Below, piece by piece: positions 53,126 to 64,000 of a DNA stretch of 64,000 nucleotides (its first letter is position 1; the number at the start of each line of letters is the position of its first letter). The stretch spans positions 23,359 through 87,358 of the forward strand of contig JAQGDQ010000851.1 in assembly GCA_030141605.1 (NCBI GenBank), written 5' to 3'. The notes beneath the pieces were generated by a model. The model saw nothing but the letters and a program-made list of their open reading frames with translations. It did no database searches and had not been told where the DNA came from. The stretch comes from Tubiluchus corallicola (taxonomy: Eukaryota > Animalia > Priapulida). The position numbers and the translations under genes were made by a program.

Positions 53126-53524
53126 CATCGCACAAAAAACAAGCGCTGTACCTCAGTTCAAATGTGTTGCGATTTTTTGACGAGCTGCACACGTTCGACA
53201 GCTCATGCGTGGTAAATTTGAAATTTGAATTTTTATCTCAAAACTTGCCTAGTCTTACTACAACACACTGAATATCTCACAGTAACACTGTACTTCAATT
53301 TTCGCTTTTGCAAACACGTGCAACACGCTCGTGGAATATTTTTGCTGTTGAAAATTATGTTAGTTTGTGATGTCATCAATAGTTGGGTTCGCCCGCCGTT
53401 AATTAAGTTTCTAATCTATTATTTAATTACCAGAAACGCTTTTGCAGTATTAATTGTGTTAAAATGTATACTTTTTATTGAACTTGAAAATGGTGTGGTA
53501 TATGAAAAATCATCCTGTCTTCCT
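53126..53524 (-). mobile_element. MITE family B 5' part
   Basis: Reverse complement of 16019-16420; ends TCTTCCT|ttaa. Confidence 0.85.
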
Positions 53525-55731
53525 TTAAAATTTCAATGTTTTTTTGATATATAGAACTTGAATTTTTTAATCAAACTAAACTTGGACTATATTAAATTAT
53601 TACTTTAAAATAGAAGCTGAAGTGTGATATCGGTTTCTCCGTGTTTTTCTAAACACAACGTGAAAAAATAATAACTTTCACGGGTTTACTATGAACTAAT
53701 TAGAAATAACTCTTGTAAGTCACGCTAGATGTCACTATTCCGCCAATAGAGAATTTCTCCGGTTTATTCTGATCTGGGGAAGCGTTTTGAAAGAAGAAGA
53801 GATCTTAATCGTGTCTTAATCTTCAACTTTAAATGAAACATTTGATTTGGAAACGAGACTTGGATTTTATCTTAATTGGAAAATTTGGTTAATTCGAGCC
53901 TAATTTCAGTAAATGAAACAGAGGCTTTTTACCTGTTTTTAACGTGTTTTCTGAAATTTCGTTGAAAAAACTGCGTGTTTCTCTGTAGCAGTTTACCTTA
54001 ATGAGCACATTTCTTGCTGATTCCACGCCTTGCACTAAAACGTTTCATTTGTGGCAGTAATTTTGACCCTCCCTGTACCGTCATATATGCAATAGCGGTT
54101 CCAGTAAAAACCGAAAAGAGGCGGCGTTCCATTTGCGTGCTAGCAAAGCGCGTTTACGACTTCCCCCTTTTCGCCGAGCGTAAATTATGCTGCTGTTTGG
54201 GTTACGTTTTTACGATATTGTAAAATTTCAATTTGGCAGCTCGAACACGTAAAACACGGTCCGGCGAGTTAGGCGTCTGCGCACGCGCACACTTCACGTG
54301 TTAAAAATTAGCGAATTTAAAACACAAGAAACACTTTGTTCACAAATAAAGCTTGAAAAATTCGTCTCGAAATTTTGTATTACTTACGCGCTGTCTTATT
54401 GCATGCAGGGCTTGCGATAGCAGTAACGGATGTACAAAACTTGTAAATTTAAACTCCTTGCGTTGACCCTAGATGCAACTATTTTAACGCAACTAGTTTA
54501 AGTCGATGAAACAAGTTTAAATAGCATTTGAAACTACTACGTATAATAATCCTAATCACTGAATAATTGTACTGTTTTGTTTAGATTTAGGTGTCTAACT
54601 TTATTATTTTTTGTTTTCAGTTCTTTTTTGATAATGTGTATCATTTATACTGTCTTCATTATTATTTTTTCTTATTTGTTTTTGTTTTTGTTATCTGCAG
54701 CATCACCGTTAATTTTTGTATACTAATCTATCTATAAAAAACGGCAGGAGGCTAGATGCCCCTATGGTCCTTCCCTGCCCTGTTCCGTGATTATGGTGAC
54801 TTAATATTTAAAAAACTTTTGATGTTAAACTAATTGGAGAAAGTAAATGTTCTATGTTCTATGTAAGAAAGAAGAATCACGTAAAAGATAACAATGTAAT
54901 CTGACAAGAAACACAGTTTTTATGAAACAGCTATAATGAAGTGTGAAATAATAATGAAAATTCTTCGCTAATTAAGCAAAGTTTAAATTACGTTTTATCA
55001 GCTGACGTCATTATTTTAAATTACTAGGCTCAATTTCTTTTCTTTAAATTTTCTTTTTCGATTACATTCAATAGTGACTTTTTGTTTTAGAACATCCGGA
55101 TCTTTGGAAAAATCCATTGATTTAAAAATTTTGATGTTCATTCACAGGCGTCGCTAAGATCGGTGTGATAATTTTCGTACAGTTTCCATTGTTCTTATAA
55201 TATGGTGATGAAAACCACGTCACGCCTTCTGCACCACGTGATATAAGCATTGTCTCTTCATTATAGCTATTTATTCATCATTTATACATACAAACAAAAA
55301 ACCAACGTAGCATCTACAAGTTTTAGAACTGCACAACAATTAAAACAATCAAAATTAGCACAAAAGAACTTACACAATACTAATTCATTCGAATATTTTG
55401 TACATTTTGAATTAAGACATTCGATTAAAAAAACAACGCTTAAATGCTTCTTCTATTTTGAGAAAAATATTTGAAAGGATGTATGTTTCTGGCATTTTCT
55501 AAAGTATAAAAGCGCTAAAATATGATTCAAAAAACGTCTTCCGAAATTTCACGAATGTTTGCAAATTCTTTATTCTTAGATCTTTTTTATTTATATATTT
55601 TATCGTCCATTTCATTTCCTTTGCAATCGTTTCTTTCACACAAAAAATTGGACTATGCGGGCTTGTTGCTGTTTTTCTGCGCTGAGCTATCCTTCAATAT
55701 TTCTGTTAACGATCTATTTTCACCTGCTTAA

Positions 55732-56387
55732 AGGACAAAAAAGGGGTACCTGAAGTAGTTTTCAGAAAAATCGCCTTAAAAAATTATACTACTTTGCAGC
55801 AGTTTTAAGCGTATATCGTACTCGGGTTGAAAGGAATTTTCGTTTGTTTTCATTTTAAATCTCCCACAATACTGTTCCGACGGCGCCATTACATGACGTC
55901 ACTACGCCACGTAAATCAGGGGAAGAAAAGGAAATGTTAAATTATGTCCCAAAAAACTTCGCATGCAAAGTTATATTACTTAGCATTTCGCTGTCCTGTT
56001 GGAAAGTCTTACGTAACTAAAAAAGAAAATTATTAATTATTTAAAATCTTTTCACCAATTAGTAAAATGTTGTCGACTCACCCTCCAGGGTGCGCCACTC
56101 ACGAACCAAAAACATATTTTTAATCTCACTGACAAGATACAGTAATTTTAAATTTTACTTAGTTAGTGACGTGTGCACTACGAATGCTCTGGTTATTTTT
56201 TCAAACTTTATCCAGTGTTACCTCAACTTTATTCAAATGACCTACCAATGGTCATCGCGGGAGTTTAAATTTACAAGTTTTATGCAACGTCGCGCAAGCC
56301 CTGCATGCAAAAAGGCAGTACGTAAGTGGTATAAAATTTCGAGACGATTTTTTTAAGCATTATGTAAGTGGAGGGGTTTCTTCTGCT
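55732..56387 (+). mobile_element. MITE family A, full length
   Basis: ttaa|AGGACAAAAAAGGGG ... GGGTTTCTTCTGCT|ttaa. Confidence 0.9.
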
Positions 56388-57104
56388 TTAACTCTTTCAC
56401 CTATGACTCCCCAGCATCCTAATGAAATTACTTGTAGTTTACAAAAAATTCGACTGCGCTTCACAAATTTATGAAATTCTCTACAAGTTTATAAAAATGC
56501 AGCACGTCGCGCACTAATATATCATAAGCTTGTCTCACTACTCATGGACGCGCGCATATATTTTCATTAAAAAAATGGCGGTAGCGTGTTAATAGATACC
56601 GCCGCGTGAGAAAATATTGTGCCAAAAATGTCCAATTATTCATTATAATTCCGTGTATAATTACCAGCGATAAATAAGCCGAATACAATAAACCTGTCCA
56701 ATTTACTGCCATAAGGCAGGTTCATAAACGCAGCCACCAGCATTTCAAGTTAGAGATAAATCACTGCTTTTGACACGGCCAGGTTACTTGATTCCATTAA
56801 ACAGGTAGATTAATTGCCGCGCGAGTGTAGTGAATAAAAATGATTTTATTACTTATTGGTTCTGGGGGAACGCAGAGTGCAAGTTTATTAATGGTAAACG
56901 CGCGATTCGTGTTGCTCACGGGTCTCTTATGCAGGAAATTTGTTTGCATCGGTTAGTGCCTGTCCAGCCACCCGTGCATCACATAAATAAACGATTGGAT
57001 TATAAGCATTTGGTACAGGTTGCCTCGAAATTGCCTGCACTGTTCCTGAGTGTTCAAAAATCAGAAGGTCGCGGACACAAGGTTACGTCCTTAATGGTAT
57101 CTCT

Positions 57105-60100
57105 GAAGTTGAACAGTTAAAAGGTCAAGGAACAATGTTGCATCCTTGAGGTTGAACAGTTAAAAGGTCAAGGACACAATGATGCATCCTTGAGGTTGAA
57201 CAGTTAAATAGGTCAAGGACACAATGTTGCATCCTTGAGGTTGAACAGCTAAAAGGTCAAGGCACTATGTTGCATCTTTGAGGTTGAACAGTTAAAAGGT
57301 CAAGGAACAATGTTGCATCCTTGAGGTTGAACAGTTAAAAGGTCAAGGCACTATGTTGCATCCTTGAGGTTGAACTGTTAAAAGGTCAAGGACACAATGT
57401 TGCATCCTTGAAGTTGAACAGTTAAAAGGTCAAGGAACACTGTTGCATCCTTGAGGTTGAACAGTTAAAAGGTCAAGGAACAATGTTGCATCGTTGAGGT
57501 TGAACAGTTAAAAGGTCAAGGAACAATGTTGCATCTTTGAGGTTCAACAGTTAAAAGGTCAAGGACACTATGTTGCATCCTTGAGGTTGAACAGTTAAAA
57601 GGTCAAGGACACAATGTTGCATCTTTGAAGTTGAACAGTTAAAAGGTCAAGGACACTATGTTGCATCCTTGAGGTTGAACAGTTAAAAGGTTAAGGACAC
57701 AATGTTGCATCTTTGAAGTTGAACAGTTAAAAGGTCAAGGACACTATGTTGCATCCTTGAGGTTGAACAGTTAAAAGGTTAAGGACACAATGTTGCATCC
57801 TTGAGGTTGAACAGTTAAAAGGTCAAGGACACAATGTTGCATCTTTGAAGTTGAACAGTTAAAAGGTCAAACCAACACAAACAAAAGTCAAGGGCACAAT
57901 GTTGCATCCTTGAGGTTGAACAGTTAAAAGGTTAAGGACACAATGTTGCATCTTTGAAGTTGAACAGTTAAAAGGTCAAGGACACAATGTTCCATCTTTG
58001 AAGTTGAACAGTTAAAAGGTCAAGGACACTATGTTGCATCCTTGAGGTTGAACAGTTAAAAGGTCAAGGACACAATGTTGCATCTTTGAAGTTGAACAGT
58101 TAAAAGGTCAAGGACACTATGTTGCATCCTTGAAGTTGAACAGTTAAAAGGTCAAGGACACAATGTTCCATCTTTGAAGTTGAACAGTTAAAAGGTCAAG
58201 GACACAATGTTGCATCCTTGAGGTTGAACAGTTAAAGGGTCAAGGACACAATGTTCCAGCTTTGAAGTTGAACAGTTAAAAGGTCAAGGACACAATGTTC
58301 CATCTTTGAAGTTGAACAGTTAAAAGGTCAAGGACACAATGTTGCATCCTTGAGGTTGAACAGTTAAAAGGTCAAGGACACAATGTTGCATCCTTGAGGT
58401 TGAACAGTTAAAAGGTCAAGGACACAATGTTCCATCTTTGAAGTTGAACAGTTAAAAGGTCAAGGACACAATGTTCCATCTTTGAAGTTGAACAGTTAAA
58501 AGGTCAAGGACACAATGTTGCATCCTTGAGGTTGAACAGTTAAAAGGTCAAGGACACAATGTTGCATCCTTGAGGTTGAACAGTTAAAGGGTCAAGGACA
58601 CAATGTTCCATCTTGAAGTTGAACAGTTAAAAGGTCAAGGACACAATGTTCCATCTTTGAAGTTGAACAGTTAAAAGGTCAAGGACACAATGTTCCATCT
58701 TTGAAGTTGAACAGTTAAAAGGTCAAGGACACAATGTTCCATCTTTGAAGTTGAACAGTTAAAAGGTCAAGGACACAACGTTGCATCTTTGAAGTTGAAC
58801 AGTTAAAAGGTCAATTACATAATGTTGCATCCTTGAGGTTGAACAGTTAAAGTGTCAAGGACACAATGTTGCATCTTTGAAGTTGAACAGTTAAAGTGTC
58901 AGGGACACAATGTTGCATCCTTGAAGTTGAACAGTTAAAAGGTCAAGGACACAATGTTCCATCTTTGAAGTTGAACAGTTAAAAGGTCAAGGACACAATG
59001 TTGCATCTTTGAAGTTGAACAGTTAAAAGGTCAATTACACAATGTTGCATCTTTGAGGTTGAACAGTTAAAGTGTCAAGGACACAATGTTGCATCCTTGA
59101 AGTTGAACAGTTAAAAGGTCAAGGACACAATGTTGCATCTTTGAAGTTGAACAGTTAAAAGGTCAAGGACACAATGTTGCATCCTTGAAGTTGAACAGTT
59201 AAAATTTCAAGGACACAATGTTGCATCTTTGAAGTTGAACAGTTAAAAGGTCAAGGACACAATGTTCCATCTTTGAAGTTGAACAGTTAAAAGGTCAAGG
59301 ACACAATGTTGCATCTTTGAAGTTGAACAGTTAAAAGGTCAATTACACAATGTTGCATCCTTGAGGTTGAACAGTTAAAATGTCAAGGACACAATGTTGC
59401 ATCTTTGAAGTTGAACAGTTAAAGTGTCAAGGACACAATGTTGCATCCTTGAAGTTGAACAGTTAAAAGGTCAAGGACACAATGTTCCATCTTTGAAGTT
59501 GAACAGTTAAAAGGTCAAGGATACAATGTTGCATCTTTGAAGTTGAACAGTTAAAAGGTCAAGGACACATTGTTGCATCCTTGAGGTTGAACAGTTAAAG
59601 GGTCAAGGACACAATGTTCCATCTTGAAGTTGAACAGTTAAAAGGTCAAGGACACAATGTTCCATCTTTGAAGTTGAACAGTTAAAAGGTCAAGGACACA
59701 ATGTTCCATCTTTGAAGTTGAACAGTTAAAAGGTCAAGGACACAATGTTCCATCTTTGAAGTTGAACAGTTAAAAGGTCAAGGACACAATGTTTTATCTT
59801 TGAAGTTGAACAGTTAAAAGGTCAAGGACACAACGTTGCATCTTTGAAGTTGAACAGTTAAAAGGTCAATTACATAATGTTGCATCCTTGAGGTTGAACA
59901 GTTAAAGTGTCAAGGACACAATGTTGCATCTTTGAAGTTGAACAGTTAAAGTGTCAAGGACACAATGTTGCATCCTTGAAGTTGAACAGTTAAAAGGTCA
60001 AGGACACAATGTTCCATCTTTGAAGTTGAACAGTTAAAAGGTCAAGGACACAATGTTGCATCTTTGAAGTTGAACAGTTAAAAGGTCAATTACACAATGT

Positions 60101-60712
60101 TGCATCTTTGAGGTTGAACAGTTAAAGTGTCAAGGACACAATGTTGCATCCTTGAAGTTGAACAGTTAAAAGGTCAAGGACACAATGTTGCATCTTTGAA
60201 GTTGAACAGTTAAAAGGTCAAGGACACAATGTTGCATCCTTGAAGTTGAACAGTTAAAATTTCAAGGACACAATGTTGCATCTTTGAAGTTGAACAGTTA
60301 AAAGGTCAAGGACACAATGTTCCATCTTTGAAGTTGAACAGTTAAAAGGTCAAGGACACAATGTTGCATCTTTGAAGTTGAACAGTTAAAAGGTCAATTA
60401 CACAATGTTGCATCCTTGAGGTTGAACAGTTAAAATGTCAAGGACACAATGTTGCATCTTTGAAGTTGAACAGTTAAAGTGTCAAGGACACAATGTTGCA
60501 TCCTTGAAGTTGAACAGTTAAAAGGTCAAGGACACAATGTTCCATCTTTGAAGTTGAACAGTTAAAAGGTCAAGGATACAATGTTGCATCTTTGAAGTTG
60601 AACAGTTAAAAGGTCAAGGACACATTGTTGCATCCTTGAAGTTGAACAGACGAAGGCTCAAGGACACAAAGTTGGTTGCTAGAATTTGAATAGTTAAAGG
60701 GTCAAGGACACA
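57105..60712 (+). repeat. 44-bp satellite (~80 copies) carrying nuclear-receptor half-sites
   Basis: Unit GTTGAACAGTTAAAAGGTCAAGGACACAATGTTGCATCCTTGAG; ~1055-bp higher-order duplication visible from variant units (e.g. TCAATTACATAATG at 58811 and 59866; AAAATTTCAAGG at 59201 and 60256). Confidence 0.97.
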
Positions 60713-60804
60713 TTTAACAGAACTGTATTTTTATGTAAATTTTATTATCTACTAACACGTTCATTTTCTTTTTTCTTCTTTTCTTTTTATTTATATTTGT
60801 TAAT

Positions 60805-63800
60805 GTTCAGTCTGAAGTAGAACGATGTTGTGAACTTGAACTTTCCTCTATGTGAGCGTGTTCAGTCTGGAGTAGAACGATGCTATGAACTTAAACTTTC
60901 CTCCATGTGAGCGTGTTCAGTCTGGAGTAGAACGATGTTATGAACTTAAGCTTTCCTCTATGTGAGCGTGTTCAGTCTGGAGTAGAACGATGCTATGAAC
61001 TTAAACTTTCCTCTATGTGAGCGTGTTCAGTCTGGAGTAGAACGATGTTTGTTCAGTCTGGAGTAGAACGATGTTATGAACTTAAACTTTCCTCTATGTG
61101 AGTGTGTTCAGTCTGGAGTAGAACGATGCTATGAACTTAAACTTTCGTCTATGTGAGTGTGTTCAGTGTGGAGTAGAACGATGCTATGAACTTAAACTTT
61201 CCTCTATGTGAGCGTGTTCAGTCTGGAGTAGAACGATGTTATGAACTTAAACTTTCCTCTATGTGAGCGTGTTCAGTCTGGAGTAGAACGATGCTATGAA
61301 CTTAAACTTTCGTCTATGTGAGTGTGTTCAGTGTGGAGTAGAACGATGCTATGAACTTAAACTTTCCTCTATGTGAGCGTGTTCAGTCTGGAGTAGAACG
61401 ATGTTATGAACTTAAACTTTCCTCTATGTGAGCGTGTTCAGTCTGGGGTAGAACGATGCTATGAACTTAAACTTTCGTCTATGTGAGTGTGTTCAGTCTG
61501 GAGTAGAACGATGTTATGAATTTAAACTTTCCTCTGTGTGAGCGTGTTCAGTCTGGAGTAGAACGATGTTATGAACTTAAACTTTCGTCTATGTGAGTGT
61601 GTTCAGTCTGGAGTAGAACGATGTTATGAACTTAAACTTTCCTGTATGTGAGCGTGTTCAGTCTGGAGTAGAACGATGTTATGAACTTAAACTTTCCTCT
61701 ATGTGAGCGTGTTCAGTCTGGAGTAGAACGATGCTATGAACTTAAACTTTCCTCTATGTGAGCGTGTTCAGTCTGGAGTAGAACGATGCTATGAACTTAA
61801 ACTTTCCTCCATGTGAGCGTGTTCAGTGTGGAGTAGAACGATGTTATGAACTTAAACTTTCCTCTATGTGAGCGTGTTCAGTCTGGAGTAGAACGATGTT
61901 ATGAACTTAAACTTTCCTGTATGTGAGCGTGTTCAGTCTGGAGTAGAACGATGCTATGAACTTAAACTTTCCTGTATGTGAACGTGTTCAGTCTGGAGTA
62001 GAACGATGTTATGAACTTAAACTTTCCTCCATGTGAGCGTGTTCAGTCTGGAGTAGAACGATGTTATGAACTTAAACTTTCCTCTATGTGAGCGTGTTCA
62101 GTCTGGAGTAGAACGATGTTATGAACTTAAACTTTCCTCTATGTGAGCGTGTTCAGTCTGGAGTAGAACGATGTTATGAACTTAAACTTTCCTCTATGTG
62201 AGTGTGTTCAGTCTGGAGTAGAACGATGTTATGAACTTAAACTTTCCTCTATGTGAGTGTGTTCAGTCTGGAGTAGAACGATGCTATGAACTTAAACTTT
62301 CCTGTATGTGAGCATGTTCAGTCTGGAGTAGACCGATGTTATGAACTTGAACTTTCGTCTATGTGAGTGTGTTCAGTCTGGAGTAGAACGATGTCATGAA
62401 CTTAAGCTTTCCTCTATGTGAGCGTGTTCAGTCTGGAGTAGAACGATGCTATGAACTTAAACTTTCCTCTATGTGAGCGTGTTCAGTCTGGAGTAGAACG
62501 ATGCTGAACTTAAACTTTCCTCTATGTGAGCGTGTTCAGTCTGGAGTAGAACGATGCTATGAACTTAAACTTTCCTCTATGTGAGCGTGTTCAGTCTGGA
62601 GTAGAACGATGCTATGAACTTAAACTTTCGTCTACGTGAGCGTGTTCAGTCTGGAGTAGAACGATGTTATGAACTTAAACTTTCCTCTATGTGAGCGTGT
62701 TCAGTCTGGAGTAGAACGATGCTATGAACTTAAACTTTCCTCTATGTGAGCGTGTTCAGTCTGGAGTAGAACGATGCTATGAACTTAAACTTTCCTCTAT
62801 GTGAGCATGTTCAGTCTGGGGTAGAACGATGTTATGAACTTAAGCTTTCCTCTATGTGAGTGTGTTCAGTGTGCAGTAGAACGATGTTATGAACTTAAAC
62901 TTTCCTCTATGTGAGCGTGTTCAGTCTGGAGTAGAACGATGTTATGAACTTAAACTTTCCTGTATGTGAGCGTGTTCAGTCTAGAACGATGCTATGAACT
63001 AAACTTTCCTCTGAGTGTTCAGTCTATAGAACGATGTATAACAAACCCATGTGAGCGTGTTCAGTCTGGAGTAGAACGTGCTATGAACTTAAACTTTCTC
63101 TATGTGACGTGTTCAGTCTGGAGTAGAACGATGTTATGAACTTAAACTTTCGTCTATGTGAGCGTGTTCAGTCTGGAGTAGAACGATGTTATGAACTTAA
63201 ACTTTCCTCTATGTGAGCGTGTTCAGTCTGGAGTAGAACGATGCTATGAACTTAAACTTTCCTCTATGTGAGCGTGTTCAGTCTGGAGTAGAACGATGTT
63301 ATGAACTTAAACTTTCCTCTATGTGAGTGTGTTCAGTCTGGAGTAGAACGATGCTATGAACTTAAACTTTCCTCTATGTGAGTGTGTTCAGTCTGGAGTA
63401 GAACGATGCTATGAACTTAAACTTTCCTGTATGTGAACGTGTTCAGTCTGGAGTAGAACGATGCTATGAACTTAAACTTTCCTCTATGTGAGTGTGTTCA
63501 GTCTGGAGTAGAACGATGCTATGAACTTAAACTTTCCTCCATGTGAGCGTGTTCAGTCTGGAGTAGAACGATGCTATGAACTTAAACTTTCCTCTATGTG
63601 AGCGTGTTCAGTCTGGAGTAGAACGATGCTATGAACTTAAACTTTCGTCTATGTGAGCGTGTTCAGTCTGGAGTAGAACGATGTTATGAACTTAAACTTT
63701 CCTCTATGTGAGCGTGTTCAGTCTGGAGTAGAACGATGTTATGAACTTAAGCTTTCCTCTATGTGAGCGTGTTCAGTCTGGAGTAGAACGATGTTATGAA

Positions 63801-63922
63801 CTTAAACTTTCCTCTATGTGAGTGTGTTCAGTGTGGAGTAGAACGATGTTATGAACTTAAACTTTCCTCTATGTGAGTGTGTTCAGTCTGGAGTAGAACG
63901 ATGCTATGAACTTAAACTTTCC
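60805..63922 (+). repeat. 55-bp satellite (~56 copies)
   Basis: Unit GTGTTCAGTCTGGAGTAGAACGATGTTATGAACTTAAACTTTCCTCTATGTGAGC; period 55 (60858 to 60913). Confidence 0.97.
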
Positions 63923-63944
63923 TACTCCAGACTGAACACGCTCA

Positions 63945-63990
63945 AGCAATACGTAACTTCGCGGTATGCTTCGTTCAGTTACGTATTGCT
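63945..63990. other. Oxford Nanopore ligation adapter sequence, back-to-back (artefact)
   Basis: AGCAATACGTAACT followed by CTTCGTTCAGTTACGTATTGCT, matching both orientations of the ONT adapter AATGTACTTCGTTCAGTTACGTATTGCT. Confidence 0.93.
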
Positions 63991-64000
63991 CTATTAGACA

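Noticed and set aside
57105-63922. CRISPR-like regular arrays
   Set aside because: Units are contiguous with no unique spacers, no cas genes, and the context is eukaryotic

Overview
AT-rich, repeat-dense animal (metazoan) genomic DNA; nearly all ORFs in the supplied track are artefacts of tandem repeats. One real gene is clearly present: an estrogen-related receptor (ERR/NR3B) on the + strand, with a first coding exon (ATG 42922 to donor 43555) spliced in frame to a 147-bp first-zinc-finger exon (45380-45526, [35 protein letters not shown]). I did not find the next exon, so 45527-64000 is probably one intron of more than 18 kb. That intron holds a ~3.6-kb 44-bp satellite in which most units carry a nuclear-receptor DR0/NBRE/ERRE-like element (AAAAGGTCAAGGACA), a candidate autoregulatory binding-site array. 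It also holds two oppositely oriented 29-bp arrays derived from a transposon end. The remainder is four families of TTAA-flanked (Kolobok/T2-like) MITEs, hAT MITEs, LINE 3' fragments, tRNA-/5S-derived SINE heads, Penelope-like hammerhead remnants, an interstitial telomere-like array and many mini/microsatellites, several visibly born from transposon ends. The last ~60 bp contain Oxford Nanopore adapter sequence (assembly artefact). All coordinates, unit lengths and copy numbers were read by eye and are approximate.
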